A DNA stretch of 64,000 nucleotides. Origin: Octopus sinensis (Eukaryota). The DNA lies in contig NC_043001.1 of the NCBI RefSeq assembly GCF_006345805.1, positions 21,700,001 to 21,764,000 of the forward strand, given 5' to 3'. How positions within the stretch are numbered: the stretch's first letter is position 1; each line of letters begins with the position of its first letter. Shown here piece after piece: positions 25,420 to 37,857 of this stretch. The notes beneath the pieces were generated by a model. It searched no databases. It was not told the origin of the DNA and saw nothing but the letters and a program-made list of their open reading frames with translations. A program made the position numbers and the translations under genes.

Positions 25420-25710
25420 TTTTCCTACAAATATATGGGAAACTACCACCTGTATCATCTCTTGTGAAAGGTAGAAGAGTCCAGTTAGCTGGACATTGTT
25501 GTAGAGCTGAAAACGAGGCAATTTCTACTCTTCTCCTCTGGAAGTCATCTGCTCGCGATACCAGAGGGCGCACACTCTCCTTCCCTGATGTAATCTCCAG
25601 GGATACAGGCATGCAGCAACAGGACCACCGTAATGCTATGATGGACCGTGAAGTCTGGCGTAGCATAGTAAATTCCATTGTCTCGATCATGGTCGAACAA
25701 TGATGATTTC
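25420..25710 (+). pseudogene. RTE-clade LINE ORF2 3' end
   Basis: IYGKLPPVSSLVKGRRVQLAGHCCR...LLLWK...DTG...MMDREVWRSIV, then a stop and a TGA-repeat tail. Confidence 0.85.
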
Positions 25711-25719
25711 CTACCGTGG

Positions 25720-26620
25720 AAACTGGAGGTTATGAGGAGCATTTGTGCAAATTTGGGCTCGAAAGAGCTGTAATGGTATTGGACAGCACAGAAGTCAAAG
25801 TTTACGGTATTGTACATGAGACGGTGACAGAAACAAAGATTAACCTAGATAAGTCGGTAGGCTTACAGTTTGCCATCTGGACAAGAAAATTCAGTCATGC
25901 TGTCGACTCCCTTGTGGGTTGCCAGGCTGATGAACTGGTAAAGTTGCTGAGCTCTAGTTCAGTCCGGACTGCTACGGACTGGAACAAGGTAACGGCAGAG
26001 TGGCCAGTCTCAGCCAGAGTAAGCTATAATTAGAAGGCTGAGCAAAGGTAGTGGACAAGAACATCATTTCCGTTATATATCACAACCCGACTATCATACC
26101 TTGCACTTGCTTCCATATGATCCGCTTAGAGCGTCTACCCTTCCATATCTTGTAAAAGGGATACGTTTCACAGGTCAGGCGGTCAATCTGCCAACAATTC
26201 TCACAGCATGGAGGCTTTCAGTATTCTGAGACTAATGATTCGTTGACATGCACTGAGGCTAAGACATCTGCAGAGATTTCTAGATGGTGAGCAGGTTTAA
26301 TCGCTGTTTGTCATACACCTTTTCCTACATTACGTCTGTTTGATGGAGCTCCAGTCCTACATCAAACGATGACAAATATTCCTATAAAAGTCTAGGGAAG
26401 AGCGACGACGTTCTTGGGTAAGATCTAGACATCGACGACAATCAACTGGTTCGCCTGTTCCGGAGACCTTTCGACCTGAAGGCTATGGATAACGTCCGTT
26501 AGTCCATGGTCTGTTAGTGATACAGGAGTGGAGGTATTCCAAGTTCGAGATAAACTGCACGGGCTCGGAAATGCCGTTAGTGCGCGCAGAGTGACGAAAT
26601 TGTTCTGCACGCACTAATTT
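25720..26620 (+). pseudogene. L1/Tx1-clade LINE ORF2 fragment, degenerate
   Basis: KINLDKSVGLQ and VRRSICQQ...HGG...HALRLRHLQRFLDGEQV in shifting frames. Confidence 0.65.
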
Positions 26621-26994
26621 AAAGCCCGGACGTATTGTGCTCGACGTATTGTGCAAATACGTCGATCAGTAGTTGTTTGGCTGAGTCCTTGGTGAGATCC
26701 CCACTACCTTCTCTTAGCCGTGAAGGCCACGAAGTTCTCATTTTTCTAAAGGTTATGAAGAAAATAAATTGCATGGTGGACACTGGTATTTTGAGGAGAA
26801 CGGGTGTATTTAAGCAATTCGTGAGAGTTGAATTGTTGAGTTTATATTTAATGGGGTGAAATCATTTCTGGAGTTATTGCACTTTGGAACATTTATGTAT
26901 GTTGCTGGTACTTTCTCACATAACATTTAATGAAACAACTACAATAAAAATCTTACTCAAAACTACGAAATCTTAATCAAAACGAATCATTGTA

Positions 26995-27560
26995 TTGGGT
27001 TGTCCGGAACGTTTGTGCCGATTTATAGTAGCTTACATTTCGACTTAACTTAGAACATGGTTCAATCCATGAAATAGGATTTGACTACACCTCCATTTAG
27101 AGCACAGTTTAAGCTATCTTTTCGTGGAAGGAGGTTTATGTTCCTATGACCTGTGTTAATTTTGTAACCCTTTAAAATGGAAGATAAGAAAGTTCATTTT
27201 TGGCACTTGGTGCTTTGGGAACCAGACAAAAATTGCTGCAGCTCGGCCGGGATGTGTTACCCCACCCTCCATATTCACCAGATATTGCTCCTTCGGATTT
27301 CCACTAATTCAGGTCTCTGCAGAATAGCCTTAATGGTAAAAATTTCAATTCCTTGGATGACGTAAAAAGATACCTTGATGAATTCTTTGCCATGAAACCA
27401 CCTCAATTCTGGGAAGAGGGTATTTTCAAGTTAAAGGAAAGATGGAGACGCATTGTGCAACAAAATGGTTCATATTTGATTGATTAAAAATGTAATGGCA
27501 AGTATTTATTGACCTTTTCCTTTCCTTTAAAAATCGGCACAAACTTTCCGGACAACCCAA
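26995..27560 (+). mobile_element. Internally deleted mariner retaining the C-terminal catalytic region
   Basis: Same TIR as 20689, TA flanks, and HPPYSPDIAPSDF...FWEEGIFKLKERWRRIVQQNGSY. Confidence 0.93.
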
Positions 27561-27654
27561 TATATATAATAAAATACATAGATAAATAAACAAATGGAAG
27601 TAAATAACTATTTATAGATTAACAAAAAAAAATAATTTAACTAAATACAACCGA

Positions 27655-27735
<81 letters not shown>

Positions 27736-27874
27736 TAGGTGTAAACACGAACAAAATAAACAAAAACAAATTACACGAACGTGTATAAACAGGAGATACA
27801 AATATTACAGGCACTTCCCCCCACACACACGCTAACTAAACATAGACACACATAGAGGTATACGCATGCGCAAA

Positions 27875-27907
27875 TAAAAATCGGCACGAACTTTCCGGAC
27901 AACCCAA
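27875..27907. mobile_element. Orphan right TIR of the same mariner family
   Basis: AAAAATCGGCACGAACTTTCCGGACAACCCAATA. Confidence 0.75.
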
Positions 27908-28279
27908 TAAATACTAACCCAGTTAAGGTTGCAATCAAAAATCGTTTAACTAATTATACTGAAATTTATATTACAGCAAAAACAAGGATTTCAATTGTTT
28001 TCAAAACACTTAAATAAAATTAACATTTCTAACTTTCATAAAATACGAAAACTATAATCTTTTAGTGGTGCGTTCGAGGTTTTCGAGAGAAAATATGAAC
28101 GGTGTATTTTTTGGGTGGCATTAATATCGATTTAATCAATTTAAGTACATTTAAGTTATTTTAATGAGATCCCAAGTGCGGGTAATATTCGTTTCAGAAT
28201 ATTGCTTTGATACACAACATTGATTCTTTTGAAGTGTATTTCAGAATATTCTTAAATCAATATATGGGTACCACTGGAC

Positions 28280-28860
<581 letters not shown>

Positions 28861-28967
28861 GTGATATGAACTTTGATTAAGATGAATGTGCAAAGGTAGC
28901 ACTTGAGTTACCCTCACATCTCCCATTGATTTTGACATATCCAACCACCATAAGAGATCTTGAACAA

Positions 28968-29370
28968 GGCGCAGGAGTGGTTGTGTGGTAAGCAGCTTGC
29001 TTACCAACTACATGGTTCCGGGTTCAGTCCCACTGCTTGGCACCTTGGGCAAATATCTTCTACTATAGCCTTGGGCCTTGTGAGTGGATTTGGTAGACGG
29101 AAACCGAAAGAAGCCCGTCGTATATATGTATATACGTATGTGTATGTGTGTGTATATGTTTGTGTGTCTGTGTTTGTCCCCCCAACATCGCTTGACAACC
29201 GATGCTGGTGTGTTTACGTCCCAGTAACTTAGCGGTTCGGCAAAAGAGACTGAGAGAATAAGTACTAGGCTTACAAAGAATAAGTCCTGGGGTCTATTTG
29301 CTCGACTTAAGGGCAATGCTCCAGCATGGCCGCAGGCAAATGACTGAAACAATTAAAAGAGAAAAAGAGT
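28968..29370 (+). mobile_element. SINE family A
   Basis: Full architecture from GGCGCAGGAGTGG to the AAAAGAG tail. Confidence 0.9.
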
Positions 29371-29379
29371 AAATTGTAA

Positions 29380-30040
29380 AGAGTAATACCTTGATGTCAA
29401 CCAAGGTGAACACTCTCAGATGAAAGAAAATATTGAAAAGATAACTACAGAAGAATAAGTTTTATCCTTAAAACTAGCACTGTGACCCAGCAACGCCGGG
29501 TCATAGTGCTAGTGCATGCATATACAGCTGCGTGCGTGCGCACATACACGCGAGTACTGTCCAAATCTCCGGCCAATCATATACAGCTAGCTGGCATTCA
29601 ATTGGCTTATCAAGTTTCGGGCATTTTGATTAGGTTTTGGATAGAAAATTCACAAAAAAGACACTTCTATTGATTTTTTAATGGCTTTGCTGGGTGACTG
29701 GGGAAATGTAAAGATGTGTACGACCACCCTTGGACGGTTTTGAATGACCATAGAAAGTGCGAGCTCTCTAACTGAAAAATTGTGGATTGGTATAAAGGAC
29801 ACACACACAGACAGACATTTTGCCATTTATATATAGAAAGATATAGCTTAACTCACAAAACCGATTTAAGGCAATAAATAATCTGGCGCTACCAATTGTT
29901 AAACATAGCTTCAGCGTAACTAATTGGATTTTCCAAGACACCAAAAGGATGGGTGTGAAAACCAGAAAACTCCTCACGTCTCACAAATATGCACCATCCT
30001 AAAACCGACATTGAACGTCTATATTTTCCATGGCTCTCCC
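29380..30040 (+). pseudogene. R4/Dong-type LINE RT fragment, interrupted by a Helitron
   Basis: HSQMKENIEK...NYRRI, then the insert, then LNSQNRFKAINNLALP...KTRKLLT...MHHPKTDIERLYFP. Confidence 0.7.
29474..29841 (-). mobile_element. Non-autonomous Helitron, family 1
   Basis: 5' TC, 3' hairpin CTAGCACTATGACCCGG...GGGTCACAGTGCTAG ending in CTAG, inserted at A|T with no TSD. Confidence 0.9.
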
Positions 30041-31065
30041 CATGGACAACAAATTTCGCAGAAGAAGGAGGCGGAGGAAGAGGAGGCGGAGGAAGAGGAG
30101 GTGGAACAACAAGATATGCTGCAGGTCATGATTTGCACCCACGACTCCATCAGAAATTGAGGGCTCAAAGTATATAAGATAAGGTAGTGCGGAGTACAAT
30201 ATTCTCGAAGGAACAAATATTTATACTGGAGGGTCATGGCTGGTACGTCTATAAAGAAAGTGCTTTTTCCAAAGACTTAACTTTTTTAATTGTGGATTTC
30301 ACCAGGGAGACAAGAGGAAAATAATACGATAAATAATGAGAAGGAGGGAAAGAGAGGATGAGAATATATGAAGATGTGTTATCTTTCCAATTATCCCGTG
30401 TTAATTCACATTTGGCAACCGACCCGGAAAGCTTTTAAGATGATTTTTTAACTGTACTGAACTGTGTGTGTGTGTGTGTGTGTGTGCACGCGTGCGTGTG
30501 TACCTGTGTGAGTGTGTTCTTGGAGGAGGGCTCGTGTGTTTGTATGTGTAGTTGTGTATACTTGTGTGTACCTGTGTGGGGTGTGCGTGTAGACGCGTGT
30601 GTGTATGTGCATGTATGTGTGTATGTAACATGTATGTGTGTGTACGTGCATTACGAGTGTATGCCTGTGCATATCTGAATGTGTGTGTATGCATGTATCT
30701 GTGTATATGTCTGTGTGTCCATATGTGTATGTGTATACCTATGAGTGCATGATATGTCTGCGTATGTCTGTGTAAATTTCTGTCTGATGGCCTGCCGGCC
30801 TGTCTGTCTGTCTGTCTGTCTGTATGTCTGAATGTATGTATGTATGTATGTATGTATGTATGTATGTATGTATGTATGTATGTATGTATGCGTATCTACA
30901 TGTGTATGTGTATGTGGGTATCTATACATGTGGCACTTATGTGTTCTCTGGATCTTTTACGCCATTTTGAATTTGATGGGAAGGGTGGACCTACAATGTT
31001 TCTAAATTCAAACATACACAGATATACGTATGTATACACACAAACACACACAGATACATAGACAC

Positions 31066-31230
31066 AGGCGTGGCTGTGTGCTAAAAAATTTGCTTTCCAA
31101 CCACATGGTCCCAAGTTTAGTCCCACTATATGGCACCTTGTGACGCATCTTCTACTACAGCTTCGGGCAGACCAAAGCTTTGTGAGTGGATTTAGTAGAC
31201 GAAAATTGAAAGAAGCCCGCCATGTGCACA
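31066..31230 (+). mobile_element. SINE family A head (a tail fragment lies at 32010-32220)
   Basis: GGCGTGGCTGTGTG...GAAGCCCG; the tail block follows an intervening LINE fragment and microsatellites. Confidence 0.7.
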
Positions 31231-31240
31231 TGTGTGTGTG

Positions 31241-31286
<46 letters not shown>

Positions 31287-31289
31287 TGT

Positions 31290-31795
31290 TCAGCTTTATT
31301 TCAAAATTTCTTTCCAATAGAGAAAGTGCTGGTTTCTAACCTAGATCTAAGGTTCCTTCATTGGAATTTCAACATCAATAACAGGGTATTTTTGTTTGTA
31401 TGTATGTATGTGTGCAGATTTGCATGTTTTGCTTTATGTATGTATTCTCATGCATATGGTTGCATATGTAGACTTGCTCGTATGTATATAAATAATAAAC
31501 TTCTGGAAAGTTTTAAAGATTTTTACAGTTCCAGTGATGGATTGGATCGGTAGTCTTCGAATTAGCTTTCTCCATTCTGGTTTTGAGAAGCCTAATTTCT
31601 CAAGAGTGTTATTTAGGCAGCATATTACATATCCCAAGGCACCAATAATTACATGTATAAACTTGAACTTGTAATCTAGATAGAGTAACTGCAGATTACT
31701 CAATAGTTTAGCGCAGGTATTCTCTTTTGCACTGATCTTCAGCTTTATGCTAACATCCGCTGGACAGCCGATTTCCACAACTGTGCACAGTTTCT
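31290..31795 (-). pseudogene. RLE-type (R4/Dong-like) LINE 3' end
   Basis: ORF 31434-31778 VEIGCPADVSI...LQLLY...IIGALGYV...QSITGTVKIFKTF. Confidence 0.8.
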
Positions 31796-31965
31796 CTTCT
31801 CTTTCTCTGTCTGTCTGTCTGTCTGTCTGTATGTATGTATGTATGTATGTGTGTTTGTATGTATATATGTATGTATGTATGTATGTGTGTGTGTATGTAT
31901 GTATGTATGTATGTATGTATGTATGTGTGTATGTATGTATGTATGTATGTATGTGTGTTTGTATG

Positions 31966-31999
<34 letters not shown>

Positions 32000-32221
32000 T
32001 GTATGTATGTGTGTGTGTGTTTGTCTTTGTTCCCCATCACCGCCTGACAACCGGTGTTGGTATGTTTACATCCCCGTAACCTAGAGGTTCGGCAAAACAG
32101 AACGACAGAATAAGTACTAGGCTTAAGAAATAAGTCCTGGGGTCGATTTGTTCGGCTAAAACCCTTCATGACGGTGCTCCAGCATGGTAACAGTCAAATA
32201 GTTGAAACAAGTAAAAGAATA

Positions 32222-32256
<35 letters not shown>

Positions 32257-32409
32257 TACATGCACACACACACAAACACAGATACACATACATATACACA
32301 TGGACATACTGATATTCCTATACTCAGCTCCTCATATAATCACATATCTAAAATATGTAAATGTAAATGGATCTTCGTCAGTTTCGACTAGCATACAGAC
32401 GTCCTTGAT

Positions 32410-32548
32410 CAGTCAAGGGCAACCTGCGGCCCGCGGGAATCTCTGAATGGTAGACCTAACGAGAAATTGCCTTGAAATTTTTTAGTAGTGCGTCTCGCTT
32501 GTTGATGAGCTATGCAGCCCACTTCTCGAAAAGGGTTGCTCGTGCCTG
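32410..32548. mobile_element. hAT-type MITE
   Basis: CAGTCAAGGGCAACCTGCGGCCCGCGGG...GGTTGCTCGTGCCTG, with an imperfect 8-bp TSD. Confidence 0.65.
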
Positions 32549-32599
32549 CCCCAGATACACCCAGACAGAGGCTACCCGACAGACTGTTATAGAGTCACT

Positions 32600-33330
32600 C
32601 ACAGATACGTACCAGCCTCTGGTCCACAGACATGTTGCTTCCTCTGTTTGTCTTTTCCACTGCTATTATAATAGCCCCTGCTCCTCAGAACTAACTCAAC
32701 TTAAACCATTTCCATTCACACATTCCCGACACGTTTGTCTTTCCTCCTTCCACCACTCTTACTATGTTTGCCTCCCTCCAGTCCCCACGTTAATCACTGC
32801 GCCCAGACCTTCCCAGAACGTCAGCCCTCTGTAAAACTCTCTCTCTCTGTGGAGCCACATGGCCTAGTGGTTAGAGCAGCGGACTCGCGGTCGAGGGATC
32901 GCGGGTTCGAATCTCAGACCGGGCGATGTGTGTGTTTATGAGTGAAAACACCTAAGCTCCACGCGGCTCCGGCAGAAGGTAATGGCGAACTTCTGCTGAC
33001 TCTTTCGCCACAACTTTCTCTCACTCTTTCCTCCTGCATCTTGCAGCTTACCTGCGACGGACCATCGTTCCATCCAGGTGGGGAACCTATACGCCAAGAA
33101 ACCGGGAAACCGGCCCTAATGAGCCAGGCATGGCTCGAAAAGGAACAAAAAACTCTCTCTCTGCTCATGTCCTTCCCTCAGGATTTTGACTCACAAACTT
33201 CAATTGCCTCGGTCAAACCTGTCTAAAAGCATGGCCTGCGAAGACCATGGGCACTGTCCCTTCCGCCAAACAAATGTACCTTTGACGCAATTCTTCAGCC
33301 AAAACAGTGTGACGCTAGGGGACAAAGCTG
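32600..33330 (-). pseudogene. Degenerate L1/Tx1-like 3' fragment interrupted by SINE-D
   Basis: Weak similarity to the 1850-2150 reading; continuous across the SINE TSD. Confidence 0.35.
32849..33150 (+). mobile_element. tRNA-derived SINE family D (V-domain-like segment)
   Basis: A box TGGCCTAGTGG, B box GGTTCGAATC, segment CCTGCGACGGACC...CCAGGTGGGG, TSD AAAACTCTCTCTCTG. Confidence 0.85.
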
Positions 33331-33554
33331 CGCCATTGAAAGTCCATTACAATTCAGATAGACAGTTAGCGATAAGAATACTTTCCCCAGATCTAGACTG
33401 GGGTATATTCTTATTATTTGTCGACTACGAAATGATAAAAGATGAAACTGAAGTTGTCACGAATTGAACTCAGGAAGCAAAGAATAGGAATGAAAGCAGC
33501 AAAATGTACATCGGAAACAATATTCTGCCAATTCGCCCCCATTTTCTGAATTAA

Positions 33555-33968
33555 GTACGTACTTACTTGTACTTGTGGTGACATTCACCCTGGGCGGGTT
33601 GAGTCGGCTTCTTCTGTATTCGCCATTGTATTCGCCATTGAGAATTCATGGAAGAAGTTTCGTGGGAATATATGGATTTCACAAGCGGTCCCCAACAATC
33701 CCGCATGTAGAGACATCATGTTTGCCGCAGATTGTCCGCAGACGCAGGGACAGAACGACCGAGGAGCCGCCGGTTGCCGAAACAGACACATTCCGAGGAT
33801 TTTCACCAGAGCCCCGTCTGCCGGGTTGAGGCCCTAATACCACTCGGTGTCAGACCAATCCGCCCTGGGTGGCCCTACCAGGAACCGAAGTTCCCGACGG
33901 CATAGCTCTGGCACTACTCGTTGCCAGCGTCCCCACCATGGTGACGAGGGGATGGACTTAGGGGACGC
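33555..33968 (-). mobile_element. Short bipartite RTE-derived element (5' UTR fused to 3' end)
   Basis: Minus strand GAGCTATGCCGTCGG...CCTGGTAGGGCCACCCAGGGCGG resembles the conserved RTE 5' UTR. Ends in CCCAGGGTGAATGTCACCACAAGTACAAGTAAGTA. Confidence 0.6.
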
Positions 33969-34044
33969 AATTTAAATACGCCATGATCAACAAGAGGATT
34001 ATGACGTATCAATAGATGCTAACTGAGCTTCTTTTTCTTCTTTT

Positions 34045-34699
34045 GGCACTGTCATGCCTTTAGTTGTCAGAAGTGAAAGTAGAAAAATCTGACGTCAGAC
34101 GTCAACTTCGTGTATTTACGTCGTCAAGTTTATACCTTCGTTAATTTACGCCGGTTATTTACGTACCACCACGCTAGGTTTATAAAACAATTGAAGTTCA
34201 GTTTAAAGTTTATAAACCGTTTCAATTAGAAAAGGAACATTTTTAGAAAATAGTAAATTGAAGTGTCAACAAATTATAGATATATTGTATTACTGGGCCA
34301 AAGAAGATTTAGCCAAGGGAATAGGACAGGAATGTCATATAGCAAATGTAGCCGTAACAGATTGGAGGAATTTTTGCCGTGATATATGTGCAGAATATTA
34401 TGTTGCACAGAACATTAAGCTCGGAGGGCCGAATCGAATTGTAGAGATAGACGAAAGCGCGTTTGTTAGAAGAAAGTATGATGTTGGCCATCGGGTTAAA
34501 ACGCAGTGGGTATTTGGTGCTTTAGAAAGAGATACCAGAAGATGTTTTTTAGTGGCAGTGGAAGATCGGACAGCGGATACCCTTTTACAAATTATAGAAG
34601 ACCGTATATTCTACGGAAACAAACGAAGGTGGACGTGACGTCAAATTGACGTCACACTTTTTCTACTTTCCTCCTAACAACTAAAAGCATGACAGTGCC
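34045..34699 (+). mobile_element. Internally deleted Merlin DNA transposon
   Basis: TIR GGCACTGTCATGC..TTAGTTGT and 8-bp TSD CTTCTTTT (34037-34044 / 34700-34707). Confidence 0.92.
34258..34638 (+). pseudogene. Merlin (IS1595/ISXO2-like) DDE transposase fragment
   Basis: IVEIDESAFVRRKYDVGHRVKTQWVFGALERDTRRCFLVAVEDRTADTLLQII. Confidence 0.9.
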
Positions 34700-34998
34700 C
34701 TTCTTTTTTTTCACTTTTCTCTTCTCTTAGCTATCCAATTGATACGAAAATCAAATTCTTATCGATATCATACGAGGGTGGACTGAAAAGGTCACAGGTT
34801 GAAACGTTCATAGTGATGCTAGGGCTATAAAATCTTGCACGCATTAATTTCAACTCTTCTTATTAATTACATCACTGTTTCTTTCCAGGTAAATTGATAA
34901 TTCACTGTTCAAAATATTAATGGAATGTAACGGATTTCTGAATTAGATACGTCATAATCAACAAGAGGATTATGACGTCTCATCAGATGCTAACTGAA

Positions 34999-35410
34999 GG
35001 ATCTTTTCGGTTTGAACGGCAGTTTTTTTAAATAATTTCCACGTAACTAAACACTTTTAAACTTCGTATACTGGTAGAATGTGTTTATAAAACATCTTTT
35101 TCTCTTGGCTTTATTGAGAAAATTCTGTAGTTTGAAAGATATTTGTTGTTTTTTTTTTCTTCAATTTCTGTAATTTCAATCAATCAATGAAGTCTATTGA
35201 GGTGAAAACATTCTGTGCCGTATGAATATGTCCCTCGTTTAAGAAACAGATTGGGTTTATTTACATTTCTGAAGAAAAAAAGATACCCTTCTCCCCACCC
35301 CTAACTCTAACCCTAACCCTAAAACAGATTGAAATACAATAGATCGATACTAGGATGACAATTTCATATGACACCGCTAGAAAAAACTGCCGGTCAAACC
35401 GAAAAGATCC
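34999..35410. mobile_element. Merlin-type MITE with CCCTAA repeats
   Basis: 30-bp TIR GGATCTTTTCGGTTTGAACGGCAGTTTTTT and perfect 8-bp TSD TAACTGAA (34991-34998 / 35411-35418). Confidence 0.88.
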
Positions 35411-35491
35411 TAACTGAATATTTTTGTTCCTTTTTCACTTCTCTTAGCTATCTAATTGACCGAAAACAAAATTCTTATCGATATTATAGAA

Positions 35492-36449
35492 TTACCTCCG
35501 ACAAGGAAGTAGGTTATGTTTTCATTGGCGTTGGTTTGTCTGTCTTTCCATCTGTGCGCAAAATAACTCAAAAAGTTGTGAACGGTATTTGATGAAGCTT
35601 GCAGAAAAAATTGGAAATAACACAAGGAACAGATGATGAAATTTTGGTAGTATTCCGGGAATTTTTATGGATTCTTGAAGGATTTTTCATTTGATATATT
35701 TACTTTACATGAAGTATTACAATGTTACGTTCTATGATTATCTCCCTTAAAAACACATTCATCGTTTCCATGTAACTTATGGTGGCGTTGCTGTTTCCAA
35801 AGTTTTATTTTCGTTTCTCTATTGGTAATTTTACTCGCGTATCTATGGACTCTTGAGGTATGATTGATACTATACTGACCACAGAGGGATGTAAAGTAGG
35901 TAGGTAGGTTTAGTTTCGTAAGTAGACAGATACTTCTTTTATCTTTTCCAAGGAATCATCTGACCATTATCCTTGGTGATTTCAACGTGGATCTCCTTGG
36001 TTCCCCTAACCATGAGATCTTGACAACTATGAACCAGTTTGGGTTCGACCAACTAGTCCAAAAACCCACTACCGACTATGGAAGCTTGCTAGATCATGTT
36101 TATGTGAACCAGGATCGGCGTCCACAAGTCACCGTAACCGACTGTTACTTTTCCGACCATGATGTTGAGTGAGTATCAGTCAAGTTTTAGGTAATTGTTG
36201 TTTCTTTTTAGTTGTATGGTGAAACTAGCTTGCTGTTGTCATTGATGTATTATAACTGCTTCAGATGATTCCGGTTTTTAAAGGGGTTTTTTTTTAATCA
36301 TATAGCTGTATTATTTTTTTTAACCCCGCCAAGGAGATTATGTTTTTGCCGCAGTTGGTTTGGGAAATTGGGCGATTTTCAGCATGCGTGTATACGAGTG
36401 GAAATGAGCTGCTTGGTGGAGGTCTGCGATCTCCGAGTGCTTTTCTAGT
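35492..36449 (+). mobile_element. Helentron/HINE-type element carrying an AP-endonuclease fragment (35945-36175)
   Basis: 5' TTACCTCCGACAAGG...GGTTATGTTTTC and 3' TTGGTGGAGGTCTGCGATCTCCGAGTGCTTTTCTAGTT. Internal reading IILGDFNVD...PTTDYGSLLDHVYVN...DCYFSDHD. Confidence 0.75.
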
Positions 36450-36629
36450 TTATTGATTGATTCTTTGCCTTAATTAATATATCTATCTTGTTTAAATTGT
36501 AACTTTTACTTGAATGACACCAAGCACAATTAGAAAATTCTTCCATCGCTTGAATTGTAAGAACGTGGGAGTTGCAAATCTGATGATTATTTTGATGAGC
36601 CCGTTGAGTTTATTAATGTTTATCGTATA

Positions 36630-37147
36630 CCGTACATTCTCGAGTATAATCTACATTTTTTTTTTCCAAAATTTAACGGTCAACATCCCTTAGTGCGTAC
36701 TAGGTTAAAAATGAAAAATATTTTCTAAGCAATGTCCGAGTCTCTATTTGCTGTCCGGCAATGTTTATTCAGAAGCATTTTGTGATGTCGGGCGCGAAAA
36801 TACCTTAAGCTAAGCCTGGAAGCAATGAAGTCTTAAAAGAATCATCCATAACTTGCAGTAAGCAACATTTATTAAAATATAAGTATTCAGAACACAGAAT
36901 AACATGTAACAAAAACAATTTGCAAACATATATACATTTCCATATAACAGTTAAGAACATCACCATTATTGTATAACTCATGCGCGGAAGTGTTTGTTCG
37001 ACTAGGTGCTGCTGGCTTAATTACGCACGGCTCAAGTTAGAGGAGGTGTGCGTATTATACATAAGGTTTAGGTTTTTCAGAGATACAGCCCCATAAAAAT
37101 CCCCTGCGTGTTATACTCAAGGGCGGACTATACTCGAAGATTTACGG
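36630..37147. mobile_element. Tc2/pogo-like non-autonomous element
   Basis: TA-CCGTACATTCTCGAGTATA...TATACTCGAAGATTTACGG-TA; sister copy at 54476-54988. Confidence 0.8.
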
Positions 37148-37424
37148 TATTTCATGTGCCTAAAATACAAAAGTATAACGTAATTTCAAAACATACCACC
37201 TTCTCTGCTCGATGACAGATCAATTTTTCTTTCATGACATATATGAAAAATGCGATTCGTTTGAAAAAGGCATTCGTTGGGTAAACGTAAAAATCCTTTC
37301 CCAAGACATTCCTGAAATAGATCTGCCTGGAATCATAATTCTGAGCAACTAGAAACCAGGAAAAGACATGCGTTTCTGCCTAGCCCACATATTGCTGGAT
37401 CCACTAAGGAGGTAAAGTTATATA

Positions 37425-37785
37425 TCTCTTATTATAAACGGCAAAATGTCTGCGTGTGTGTCCTTTATACAAATCCACAATTTTTCAGTTAGAGGGCTCA
37501 CACTTTCTATGGTCATTCAAAACCGTCCAAGGGTGGTCGTGCACATCTTTACATTTCCCCAGTCACCCCGCAAAGCCATTAAAAAATCAATAGAAGTGAT
37601 TTTTGGTGAATTTTCTATCCAAAACCCAATCAAAATGCCTGAAACTTGATACGCCAATTGAATGCCACCTAGCTGTATGTGATTGGTCGGAGATTTGGAC
37701 AGTACTCGCGTGTATGTGCACACACACGCAGCTGTATATGCATGCACTAGCACAATGGCCCGGCAACGCCGGGTCATAGTGCTAG
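37425..37785 (+). mobile_element. Non-autonomous Helitron, family 1
   Basis: A|TC...hairpin...CTAG|T. Confidence 0.9.
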
Positions 37786-37857
37786 TATGTATTATAACCA
37801 CAACAGCCACACAACCATTAATATATTATATTAATACAGTTCCTACAACTGTACAGT

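Noticed and set aside
32849-32925. tRNA gene-like sequences (also 37858, 873, 3563 and 5336)
   Set aside because: A and B boxes are present but acceptor and T stems do not pair fully. Each continues into a SINE or PLE body, often with TSDs.
34940-34990. CTGATGA plus long stem on the minus strand, resembling a hammerhead
   Set aside because: No GAAA after the stem. The sister copy at 33975-34020 reads GTATCAATAG, so the core match arises from private mutations.
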